A stretch of DNA of 64,000 nucleotides from Planctomycetota bacterium (lineage in GTDB: Bacteria; JAJVIF01; JAPKYR01). The position numbers and the translations under genes were made by a program. The stretch is from contig JAUWTM010000002.1 of the NCBI GenBank assembly GCA_030614715.1, positions 17,334 through 81,333 on the forward strand, in the 5' to 3' direction. Below are positions 9,401 through 17,122 of the stretch, piece after piece. The notes below the pieces were generated by a model, which had not been told where the DNA came from, did no database searches, and saw nothing but the letters and a program-made list of their open reading frames with translations. Each line of letters begins with the position of its first letter. The stretch's first letter is position 1.

Positions 9401-11201
9401 TGCTTATGAGTTCGAGGAAGCATATCCTGATTACGATGCTGACGATCAGTTCGACGGCGTTCTGATTACAGCCGCTGAATTCGACACGATGGGTGATGTC
9501 GATATCATCACTCTTGAGGTCGATGGCCCGATCATGGACTGGGACGTCCAGCCGGTCAACTACCCGACCAAGCTGGTGGTCCGGCTCCCGAATTCGCGTC
9601 CGATCCTCAATGGTAACCTGTTCAGATACGACGAAAGGGTCGACGGTTACCAGGTCGATCAGTTCATCGCAATCCCGCGTGTAAGCCTGGATACATCGTT
9701 CACAATCCTTACGATATACGCACATGAAGTTGAGTCGACGGCGCATCTCGAGTACGAGGTCACCACGTCCGGCGACGAATGGTCAATAGCGATCTTCCCG
9801 AAGGGTTCTACCAGCCCGTTCGACGGTGGCATGGAGCCTGGAGTGGTTATCAGGGAAGGACGTGTTGAGACCAACGGGCTTCCTGAAGCACGCCCGGTCG
9901 GTGAGATCGTCGGTGATGATATCGCTGACGGTGAACTGGTCGATGTTGCAGATCTCGAGGACAATGAGCCAAGGCTGAGCATGAGGCTTGAATCCGCCAG
10001 CATCGTGGATGTCCTCCAGTTGATCGCCGAGGAAGCGAACCTGAATATCTCAATCGACGCTTCGGTTCGCGGTAACATCACGATCAGCCTTACCGAGATC
10101 CCGTTGTTCGAGCTTCTCGACCTCCTTGGAGCCCAGCTCGGTTTCACCTACTTTGTGAGGAACGGGGTTTACGTATTCGGTGATCCGTCGGTACTCCAGT
10201 CGCGGTTCAGCTTCATGCATCGGTGGTACATTAAACTCAGTTACGCTGATCCGGACCAGGTCAGGGGTATCCTGACTTCGCTGCAGGTGCTTACCGGCAA
10301 CCAGATACAGATCTACCGCGGTGGATCCGGTCTCACGATCGCTGAAAGTGTCATGATACTTATCGGCGAGGAGACGGACCTGAGGCGTGCATATCAGATC
10401 ATCAGTGCTGTAGACCAGCCGCCGGTGATGATACAGGTTGACTTCCAGATTCTGAGTACCTCATTATCCGATAACGAAAACTTCGGTTTCAATTTCAACT
10501 TTGGAACCGGAACCGGTACGACCAACCTGTACTTCAGCGAGCAGATGAGCCTCGATCCCGATATGGGACCGCTGCCCCAGGGCTTCGACCGTCTCAGGGC
10601 AGGAAACCAGAACGTTTACAGCATTAACTACGTAATAAATTACCTTGTTGAGGAAGGCTACGCTGAGATTATGAACCGCTCATCGCTTAGCGTAGTCAAT
10701 AACCAGTCCGGCACGCTGTTCGTTGGTGAGAACATACCTTACAGGTCGACATTCCAGGTCAGCGAACTTGGACGCGTTACCCAGCGTGTTGCCATCCAGG
10801 CTGTCGGTCTGCAGCTGAATTTCCGTGCGCATGCGAATCCCGATGGAACGGTTACGATGAACCTTACACCGCAGAACTCGAACCTTCTCGAGCTTACGGA
10901 TATCGGACCAAGGACGGTCGACCAGCGGTTTGCAACGACTGTCCGGGTGCGAAACGGTGAGCCGTTCATTATCGGTGGTTTCATCAGGGATGAGAAGAGA
11001 GTCAATTATGACAGGTTCCCGTTCCTTAGTGAGATACCGTTACTCGGTCACCTGTTCAGGAACCGTGAGGTCCAGAACACCCGGAGTGAGTTGATCTTCG
11101 TGTTCACGCCTCACATCCAGTATCCGCAGAGAAATCTGCCTGAGATTTTCACTGACCAGGACTTCGAAGTTCCGTTGAACCTGGGGAGTGATCTATATTA
11201 A
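6471..11201 (+). CDS. pilQ: Giant PilQ-type secretin (1576 aa) with multiple AMIN-like domains
   Basis: Signal peptide. AMIN-like N-terminal modules (LVIDLGLSRPTGVRSFSLTSPDRIVFDIEDAV...VVRVIAEAP). N0-like module (SIVDVLQLIAEEANLNISIDASVRGNITISLTEIPLFELLDLLGAQLGFTY). C-terminal secretin domain (PPVMIQVDFQILS...VGENIPYRS...FIIGGFIRDE...IPLLGHLFRNREVQNTRSELIFVFTPHI). AAGGAG Shine-Dalgarno upstream of ATG 6471. Confidence 0.9.
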   Translation: MRIANQTGSKTKTPWRVSALLTVLLLILPLTTLWAQEPEGPAEVSTAGVEVTNGALVIDLGLSRPTGVRSFSLTSPDRIVFDIEDAVLTLDADAVTSWDSPMDGISILSMEQFSVEPPVVRVIAEAPLSEFHTDRVTEPDRVRLAIFQGISPFVDSGPGEPPANMIPIIERFWHENLDNGSDLFVLDFSFGVVLPQVRIESPTVLLLRFPGADILLPASAPMNFATSVDGSVVNLMRAERLITSDATTSEIRLTVPDTTRIGYTLETRSDDTLEFNIFMEAAPAPPPTPPVVEDSPDPVPVPIEGGQIMVLSTNEGIPVPSDAQIKVNRVQFQSIDRDTDRFFIFYEGGELEPRVQRFNYPTRIALYFPDSAVVLPEDAGDRFNSIVNGVLASEMMVVNRVIEDVGPEAQFMFYFPDLAQENIGFSLDYVDPGVLHIDFYHTAIPIDIDSPIEVNTSIDEGVPAPVDEPMPEPEVIEEPVIIEEPEVIEEPEIIGEPAPEPEIVEEPVVVEEPVIIEEPTPSLPVITIVSGQATDNVIDFVITTSEPMPEPQWLEYHYPERLGLRFPLADVQILDADSGVYTAYTHIRAVPIVRAIIKDRADGQHTTLTFSLEGDIEEYTGELQRTGNEIRVTLRYNPAMVVEEPLVTEPEPPVVEEPVIIEEPEIVEPEIIEEPEVIEEPEIIEEPEVIEEAPPVEEPVVVEPVEIPGTPGAPGVPPFPAPEPSRPSVEVILAEATADTVMFQITTSEQMPIPEWVEYRYPDRIGLRFPLADAVLLGSTEPPMAQTHNSTIPMVRAIVKDQADESHTTVTFTLGGSLDEFTQELDWNGTQMQVAFRYTPVVPEVEVEITSEPPVVDVPEPVPAAMEETPVVVEVEVEALQEEPVVVEEEVIEEPVIIEEPEPVVEEPVEIEIEMEVEAEIVEEELVEEEIEPLGPTQVEIPAEVEDESIRIAFYNEEEVEDTDYPVIRIAEEESFDAYEFEEAYPDYDADDQFDGVLITAAEFDTMGDVDIITLEVDGPIMDWDVQPVNYPTKLVVRLPNSRPILNGNLFRYDERVDGYQVDQFIAIPRVSLDTSFTILTIYAHEVESTAHLEYEVTTSGDEWSIAIFPKGSTSPFDGGMEPGVVIREGRVETNGLPEARPVGEIVGDDIADGELVDVADLEDNEPRLSMRLESASIVDVLQLIAEEANLNISIDASVRGNITISLTEIPLFELLDLLGAQLGFTYFVRNGVYVFGDPSVLQSRFSFMHRWYIKLSYADPDQVRGILTSLQVLTGNQIQIYRGGSGLTIAESVMILIGEETDLRRAYQIISAVDQPPVMIQVDFQILSTSLSDNENFGFNFNFGTGTGTTNLYFSEQMSLDPDMGPLPQGFDRLRAGNQNVYSINYVINYLVEEGYAEIMNRSSLSVVNNQSGTLFVGENIPYRSTFQVSELGRVTQRVAIQAVGLQLNFRAHANPDGTVTMNLTPQNSNLLELTDIGPRTVDQRFATTVRVRNGEPFIIGGFIRDEKRVNYDRFPFLSEIPLLGHLFRNREVQNTRSELIFVFTPHIQYPQRNLPEIFTDQDFEVPLNLGSDLY
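7870..9315 (+). repeat. Coding repeats inside pilQ: two duplicated ~115-aa modules (about 8035-8385 and 8650-8985) flanked by three E/P/V/I-rich linker tracts
   Basis: Module A ...VIDFVITTSEPMPEPQWLEYHYPERLGLRFPLADV...PIVRAIIKDRADGQHTTLTFSL... aligns with module B ...VMFQITTSEQMPIPEWVEYRYPDRIGLRFPLADA...PMVRAIVKDQADESHTTVTFTL.... Linkers are built from EEPE[VI]I-type hexapeptide units. Confidence 0.85.
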
Positions 11202-11257
11202 ATGCCCTGACCGGCACTGCTAAAGTTTGCCTTAGCACAATACGCCGAGGTGTAAAA

Positions 11258-11863
11258 GTGAAATATACGATAGCCAGATATTCCTTATTCCTCCTCCTGA
11301 TCCCGCTGTTGCTCTTCGGATGCGACAGGATTGGACCGGAGGACAAGTGGCCGGTTGTAGCTAACGTTACAGTTAACGCCAACCCGAACGTCACCCTTGA
11401 ATTCATCGAGGGTATCGGAGCACCCAGATTGACGGTCGGAAACCGGAACGTAGAGGTACAACTCGATGTGAGGAGCTTCAACGCCGGCCAGGAATGGAAA
11501 GTTACTACCTTCCTGGAAAGGGTAGATAGATACTGGACGACCTACGATGACAATCTCCCGGAAGCCTCTTTCAGTCAGAAAATTGCAATCCTTGAGAGCT
11601 TTTATACAGATCATATCGTGGGATCATACCAGGGTGGTCTTCCCCCCCAGGGAACCGTGAGGCTGACCGTTCACCTTGCCCTGGGCTGGTTCCCGGAGTG
11701 CATTGACGACTGGATTTCATACTCCATCATTGAAGACAAGTTCGTCATTCACTGGCTTACAGACAGGTATGTGTACTATTTCAGGACAGTAGTAGAGGAC
11801 CTGGAAGGTCGCAGCGATACCTTTACTTTTGAACTTTACAGCATACTTATAGTTGAGGATTAG
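11258..11863 (+). CDS. Lipoprotein of unknown function (possible secretin-associated factor)
   Basis: Lipobox LLLFG|C after a hydrophobic signal. GTG start preceded by GAGGTG. Lies immediately downstream of pilQ. Confidence 0.6.
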   Translation: MKYTIARYSLFLLLIPLLLFGCDRIGPEDKWPVVANVTVNANPNVTLEFIEGIGAPRLTVGNRNVEVQLDVRSFNAGQEWKVTTFLERVDRYWTTYDDNLPEASFSQKIAILESFYTDHIVGSYQGGLPPQGTVRLTVHLALGWFPECIDDWISYSIIEDKFVIHWLTDRYVYYFRTVVEDLEGRSDTFTFELYSILIVED

Positions 11864-11919
11864 TATTACAGCCTGAACAGAAGGAGTCAGGTAATAACAA
11901 CCATAGGAGAATAATCGCG

Positions 11920-13224
11920 ATGCGATATACCTTTATCCTTCTTGCATTGATACTCATCGGCACCATCGCCGTACCCGGTGCATCCTTTGCAGATAAAGAA
12001 GAAGGCTGCGAAGGCTTGACGGAACCATGCGTCGAACCATGTGACGAACCCTGTGACACACCATGCGACGAACCATGCGACATAGAAATGGAAGGTCAAT
12101 ACGGCGAAGAATGCGAAATCATGGTCATGGAGTGGGAACACTGTGATGATGACATGATGCGCATGGATCGGGAGCACCATGACGGTGATATGATGCGCAG
12201 GGAGCCCTGGGAGGATTTCTGGTACGAACGCCCCTGGGACATGTGGCGTCACCTCGATGAAGGCTCACTGAACATGGATGCCGTTCATTACATGGCTGGC
12301 GTCCGCACCATCGCCATCCTTCCGTTTGCGGATCTTACGTATCCTACAACCGAGGGAGAGCCGAAACTGGATGATGCCGGAGGAGCACGACGGCTCGTGG
12401 AAAACCTTGCCGCTGAGCTGATGAGCAGGGGTTACCTTGTTATACCTCCCACGGATGTGGCTGCGGTTGCTTCCAACTACTTCATGAACGAAGTACAACA
12501 GGCTCCGGTCGCCGATGAAGCCTACAGCAATGCTTTCTGGTTCAGGGTTCTGCCTGAAAGAGCCACCGAATTCTACCTGAGGTCGGTCGAGGGCCTTCAG
12601 GGCCACTACGATGCAATGGAAGGGCAGGCGACACTGTTCGCTCCTGCCGATATCGCGGCTATGGCTGAGATTCTCGGTGCTGACGCCGTGATTCGCGGCT
12701 TCGTCAACGAGTACGCTGTATCTGACGATATCGATGCCGACTGGCGTACTTTCATACCACCGTTCCTTGGCCTCATTAATCCCGATAATCGTGTTGCGAT
12801 CAACGTGGCGTATCACATCTACGACGGACCGTCGGGCGAGATGGTCTGGAACGGCACTGCCGATATCATCCGGGATTCCAACTGGCAGCTGTTTTATTCG
12901 GAAACGGAAATGTTAAGGAACACAGAAAATGAAGCAGCACTCTGGATGACCGATCAGGTCCTGCCGAACTGGATGGACATCGTAATGGCCCATCCTGGCT
13001 GGGTGCCCTTCGAGATGTGGTATGAATTCGATGAGCGCGGGTGTGACCGTGGATATTATCCTGACTGGGTTAATCCATACCGTCAGGGCTGGCATGACTG
13101 GTATAATCGAAGCGAATGGCGGGATCCTGACTTTGTCGAGCATCCTTACGAGCATTCCCTTTACGGGGAAGTAAGTAAGTCTTACGACAGCATGAATGAA
13201 TATCGCGATTACTATAATTATTGA
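11920..13224 (+). CDS. Secreted Cys/acidic-repeat protein with a CsgG/LpoB-like middle segment (unknown function)
   Basis: Signal peptide. EPC[VD]EPCDEPCDTPCDEPCD repeats, then an Asp/Met/His-rich tract. Middle segment RTIAILPFADLTYP...LVENLAAELMSRGYLVIPP resembles the start of CsgG/LpoB-type periplasmic domains. Trp-rich C-terminus. Confidence 0.5.
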   Translation: MRYTFILLALILIGTIAVPGASFADKEEGCEGLTEPCVEPCDEPCDTPCDEPCDIEMEGQYGEECEIMVMEWEHCDDDMMRMDREHHDGDMMRREPWEDFWYERPWDMWRHLDEGSLNMDAVHYMAGVRTIAILPFADLTYPTTEGEPKLDDAGGARRLVENLAAELMSRGYLVIPPTDVAAVASNYFMNEVQQAPVADEAYSNAFWFRVLPERATEFYLRSVEGLQGHYDAMEGQATLFAPADIAAMAEILGADAVIRGFVNEYAVSDDIDADWRTFIPPFLGLINPDNRVAINVAYHIYDGPSGEMVWNGTADIIRDSNWQLFYSETEMLRNTENEAALWMTDQVLPNWMDIVMAHPGWVPFEMWYEFDERGCDRGYYPDWVNPYRQGWHDWYNRSEWRDPDFVEHPYEHSLYGEVSKSYDSMNEYRDYYNY

Positions 13225-13253
13225 TACACTGGAATACGGTTCGGAAAATACAC

Positions 13254-13281
13254 ACCCCCGGTGCTCAAATCCGGGGGATTT
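13254..13281 (+). terminator. Candidate intrinsic terminator
   Basis: CCCCCGG, 9-nt loop, CCGGGGG, then ATTTT, 30 nt after the stop of the 11920-13224 gene. Confidence 0.45.
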
Positions 13282-13297
13282 TACTAATTGAGGTGCG

Positions 13298-14395
13298 ATG
13301 ATGGTGTCCAGACTGGAAAAAGAACAGTCTGCCATGAGGGTGTTGAATGAGCTTGCGATCAGGATGGATAACTCTAATGCAAGCGATCTCCACCTTCAGG
13401 AGGGTGAACCGCCGGTCCTGAGGATCGTTTCCGGGCTTGCACCACAGACCGATCTGGAAATAGTTGATAACGCCATGCTTCGTATCCTGCTCGAAGGTTT
13501 CGTGGATCCTGAAGATCTGGAGGAGCTGGACAGGACTGGAGCACTTGACGCTGGCGTCCAGCTCCCGACGATGCGCCTGAGGATGGCTGCGTTCAAGCAC
13601 TCCGCAGGTCTCGCGATAAGCTTCAGGCGGCTTGCCCTTAAACCCCCAGGATTCCAGGAGCTTAACCTGCCTGCAATCATCAGTAAGTTTTCCAACCTGC
13701 CGCGAGGGCTCGTGATTTTCTGCGGACCCACCGGATGTGGCAAATCGACCACCGCTGCATCGCTTATAAATCTCATCAACAGCCAGCGTCGGACGCACAT
13801 CATTACGATTGAGGACCCGATCGAGTACATTCACCTGTCCAAATCGAGCCTCGTGGCTCAGCGTGAGGTCGGCAAGCATACTGAATCGTTCGCAGTCGCG
13901 CTGAGAGAGGCGTTGCGGGAGGATCCGGACGTCATACTCGTCGGAGAGATGAGGGACGCTGAGACGATCGCACTGGCGCTCAGGGCAGCTGAAACGGGAC
14001 ATCTTGTTTTCAGCACGCTGCACACATCTGGCGCGACCGGCAGCATATCGAGAATTATCGACGCCTTCGAGCCGGAGGCTCGCGGTACTATCAGAAGCCA
14101 GCTTGCGATGGTCCTGATGGGCGTGATCAGCCAGATCCTGTTCACGTCAACGGACGGTCAGCGGAGAATTCCGGTCTGCGAGGTGCTGGTGCCGAATGAC
14201 GCGGTCAGGCACCTGATACGGGAGGATAAACTCGAGCAGATTCCGAACATCATCCAGGCTGGTGGATCGGAGGGCATGATGTCTTTCGCATCACATATTA
14301 AGGAACTGACTAAGGCTGGCCTGATTGACGCTGCAGGCGGCCTTGAGGCCGTTGGCGAAAGCTGGCGGATTGCTGATATACTGTTCGAGAAATAG
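13298..14395 (+). CDS. pilT: Twitching-motility / pilus retraction ATPase PilT
   Basis: Walker A GPTGCGKSTT, Asp box ITIEDPIE, Walker B DPDVILVGEMRD, His box TGHLVFSTLHT, and the PilT-type motif AVRHLIREDK. Confidence 0.9.
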   Translation: MMVSRLEKEQSAMRVLNELAIRMDNSNASDLHLQEGEPPVLRIVSGLAPQTDLEIVDNAMLRILLEGFVDPEDLEELDRTGALDAGVQLPTMRLRMAAFKHSAGLAISFRRLALKPPGFQELNLPAIISKFSNLPRGLVIFCGPTGCGKSTTAASLINLINSQRRTHIITIEDPIEYIHLSKSSLVAQREVGKHTESFAVALREALREDPDVILVGEMRDAETIALALRAAETGHLVFSTLHTSGATGSISRIIDAFEPEARGTIRSQLAMVLMGVISQILFTSTDGQRRIPVCEVLVPNDAVRHLIREDKLEQIPNIIQAGGSEGMMSFASHIKELTKAGLIDAAGGLEAVGESWRIADILFEK

Positions 14396-14530
14396 GACCA
14401 TGCATCTACGATGGGAAATATACGCTGTGATTGGAGTTATTACCGTCCAGACGGTGTTCGTCTGGCTTACATACTGTATGGCATCCGGACTTTGCCAAAT
14501 CTATCATCTTAAGGTGCCCTGACACAGACC

Positions 14531-15718
14531 GTGGAATCCCCGATTCTACCTGACAATGTTACCCTGATAATCGCCGATGCTCCGCCTCTCAGGGGGATAC
14601 GTCAACGCGTCCAGCAGCTTGCTGCGCGTTTCGCAACGATCCTCTCACCCACCGGGGGCAGGCTTTTATACATCGATGAGCCGGGGAATATCGTCACGGT
14701 ATTCATCTCACCCGAAAAACCATTGAGTAACCTCTGGTCGTGGACAGCCGGACCAGTGTTCGACCCGGAAACCGGCATCCATCATTTCGTGCCACCAGCC
14801 GGATTGCCGTTCGGATACCATTCAGGCCCTGTTAACCGGTGGAATCATTTCTGGAGCCGCGTTTCGATGGGGGCAAGGTTCGTAAAAAGCGACGGTCCGG
14901 TGGTCCTGATCGTCTGTAACGTGCTGGGACTTGGATGGCTGGGACGTTTTAGCGAGGATATCGCTATCTATGACTGCGCCGATGAGATCAGTGAGTTCAG
15001 GCAGGCTTCGCTGAACCGCGAAGCTGTCCTCGCACAGGAAAAGGAGCTTCTGGGACGCGTAGATGCTGTCGTTGCCACTGCTGGATCACTGTTTGAGGCC
15101 AAATCGAAGCACTCGAAACGCGCGGAACTGATCAGGAACGCCGCCGAGATAGAGCATTTCAGAAGTGCACTGGCTGAAACGCCCAGACCGGCTGATATTC
15201 AGGAGCTGCAGAAGCCGATAATCGGGTTCTACGGGTATCTTGCAGACTGGCTGGACTGGCCCCTGATTGAGTACGTCGTCAGGGAGGGAACAGAGTTCAA
15301 CTGGGTGTTTATCGGGCCGTGTACGCGAAATCTGAGCGATCTGACCGCACTTGGTAATTTTCACGCCCTTGGCAAGAAACATTATGCCCAGCTGCCTGCA
15401 TACCTGTCTCATTTTGCCTGCTCACATATACCCTTCGACCGAACACCGCTTACAATCCATGTCAATCCGGTGAAGGTTTACGAGTACCTGGCTGGTGGAG
15501 CACCTGTTGTGGCGACATCGCTTCCGGAACTCGATGCGTTCAATGATGTTTGCCGGATCACAAACGATCCCGGGGAATATCTTGAGGCAATCAGGCGGGA
15601 AGTGGCCGGTGATACACCCGATAAAAGGTTGAATCGGTCGGAACGAGTGAAGGATGAGACGTGGGATTCGAGGGTGGCGGATTACTGCAGTTTGATTAGT
15701 GATCTATTGAAATCGTAA
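14531..15718 (+). CDS. Glycosyltransferase, GT1/GT4-like (GT-B fold)
   Basis: C-terminal NPVKVYEYLAGGAPVVATSLPEL is typical of the GT4 E-x7-E region. GTG start. Confidence 0.65.
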   Translation: MESPILPDNVTLIIADAPPLRGIRQRVQQLAARFATILSPTGGRLLYIDEPGNIVTVFISPEKPLSNLWSWTAGPVFDPETGIHHFVPPAGLPFGYHSGPVNRWNHFWSRVSMGARFVKSDGPVVLIVCNVLGLGWLGRFSEDIAIYDCADEISEFRQASLNREAVLAQEKELLGRVDAVVATAGSLFEAKSKHSKRAELIRNAAEIEHFRSALAETPRPADIQELQKPIIGFYGYLADWLDWPLIEYVVREGTEFNWVFIGPCTRNLSDLTALGNFHALGKKHYAQLPAYLSHFACSHIPFDRTPLTIHVNPVKVYEYLAGGAPVVATSLPELDAFNDVCRITNDPGEYLEAIRREVAGDTPDKRLNRSERVKDETWDSRVADYCSLISDLLKS

Positions 15719-15719
15719 A

Positions 15720-17042
15720 TTATTTCCTGCTGGATGATTTCCTCTTTTTACGGATCTTTTTCGCAAACTTTTTAATTCCCTTCACCGCATTTACATGGAT
15801 GAGGTCAGCACTGGAGGGAGATCGCTCGAATGCAAACCTGCTTGCTGCCATGATCATTCGCGGGTAGGCATCCTTTGGGAAATTCGGGCGGGGCCTGGTG
15901 AGTTCATCCTCGATACGAAGCACTGTCGCGTGCTCCTTCGGTGAATACCTGATCAGGTCGATGAGGGAGTTATTGTTCAACACCTTGATCTTGCGGTCCA
16001 GCACGACATCGAGAAGCATGTTCATTGCGCGTGTGAGTTCATCGCGTGATATCCGGAACAGCTCCCTGTAGCCTGCAGCCGGGTCGAACCAGACATACTC
16101 CCTGATCCTCGGATGTATCTCGCTCCAGCGCAAATCAAGCTCCGCTGCATCCCCGGCAAATCCTATGCGTCTTAATACCTCCGTACAGATGCACACACGG
16201 AAATGACAAACCGGGTGTTTCATCATGTCCATGCCCTTTACGTCCCAGAGCGTTATGTGCGCTCCTCCAAGATCAGCTGCGATATCGCACGAATCCTCCT
16301 GGCGCGCCATCACGTACGCGGGTCCACCGAAAAGCGTGCCGATAATGTCTGCCATGGCCTCGTCCAGCCAGAAGGTCCAGATGATCTCCATCAACGCTGT
16401 CTTCGGAAGCCTGTAGGGAAGTCGCTTGCCGGGTATTTTAAACCTTTCGGTTGAGAGGTGGTTCCGGATCTTTTTCCCAAGCTCACGCTCGTAACCGATC
16501 ACGTTGTCGAAGATGTTATGGCCAATTTCATGCGGCAGGGCAAGCCAGTTCCAGACCGTGGTCGATCCCTTGCGGGGAATGGAAATCAATGCGATCGGGT
16601 GCTCGTGTGCATGAGTGTACGTGTAGTAATAGTCCTCGCTGTGACCGAGGAAAGTCAGCGGCAGGGCATCGACCGCGTACCTGCGATGTGTGCCCTTGAG
16701 AAGTGGCGAATCGAAAAACAGGCGGTAATAATCCTCACCGAGGATGTCCGTGAGTGTCAGAAGCTCGTTGTAGATCGCCATTTTTCGCTGGGTGATCAGG
16801 TTACGGTAACTGCGCCACAGGTGGAGGTCATCATCCTCGACACCGTGTTCCTCGAAATATTCAAGGACGTCGTCCCAGCGTTCGTTGTGACCTGCGAGGG
16901 TTTTGGTCTGCTTCGCGATCCTGACCCATCTGCGCACGTCGGCGATCTCGGCAGCGCCTTCACGCTCCTGTCCGATCTGCTTTAACTCGGAGATATCACC
17001 GAGATGAAACCGTGATGGTCGCGGTTTTCGAGGCATATTCAA
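15720..17042 (-). CDS. Cytoplasmic HExxH protein, putative gluzincin-like metallopeptidase
   Basis: LALPHEIGHNIFDNV (HExxH), with FWLDEAMADIIG about 55 aa downstream as a candidate third-ligand Glu. No signal peptide. Same strand as the paralog array and 80 nt downstream of it. Confidence 0.45.
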   Translation of the reverse strand: MNMPRKPRPSRFHLGDISELKQIGQEREGAAEIADVRRWVRIAKQTKTLAGHNERWDDVLEYFEEHGVEDDDLHLWRSYRNLITQRKMAIYNELLTLTDILGEDYYRLFFDSPLLKGTHRRYAVDALPLTFLGHSEDYYYTYTHAHEHPIALISIPRKGSTTVWNWLALPHEIGHNIFDNVIGYERELGKKIRNHLSTERFKIPGKRLPYRLPKTALMEIIWTFWLDEAMADIIGTLFGGPAYVMARQEDSCDIAADLGGAHITLWDVKGMDMMKHPVCHFRVCICTEVLRRIGFAGDAAELDLRWSEIHPRIREYVWFDPAAGYRELFRISRDELTRAMNMLLDVVLDRKIKVLNNNSLIDLIRYSPKEHATVLRIEDELTRPRPNFPKDAYPRMIMAASRFAFERSPSSADLIHVNAVKGIKKFAKKIRKKRKSSSRK

Positions 17043-17122
17043 TCGCGTCCGCCCGACGGGGGCAGGACGTATTGTAGCATAATGAATCGATTACTGAGGA
17101 ACCATTTTACCCGTTTCTATTT

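Noticed and set aside
14325-14522. 65-aa ORF (or a 40-aa version from ATG 14400) with one hydrophobic helix between pilT and the glycosyltransferase.
   Set aside because: The long form overlaps the pilT 3' end. There is no clear Shine-Dalgarno and no recognisable motif, so the evidence for a real small membrane protein is insufficient.
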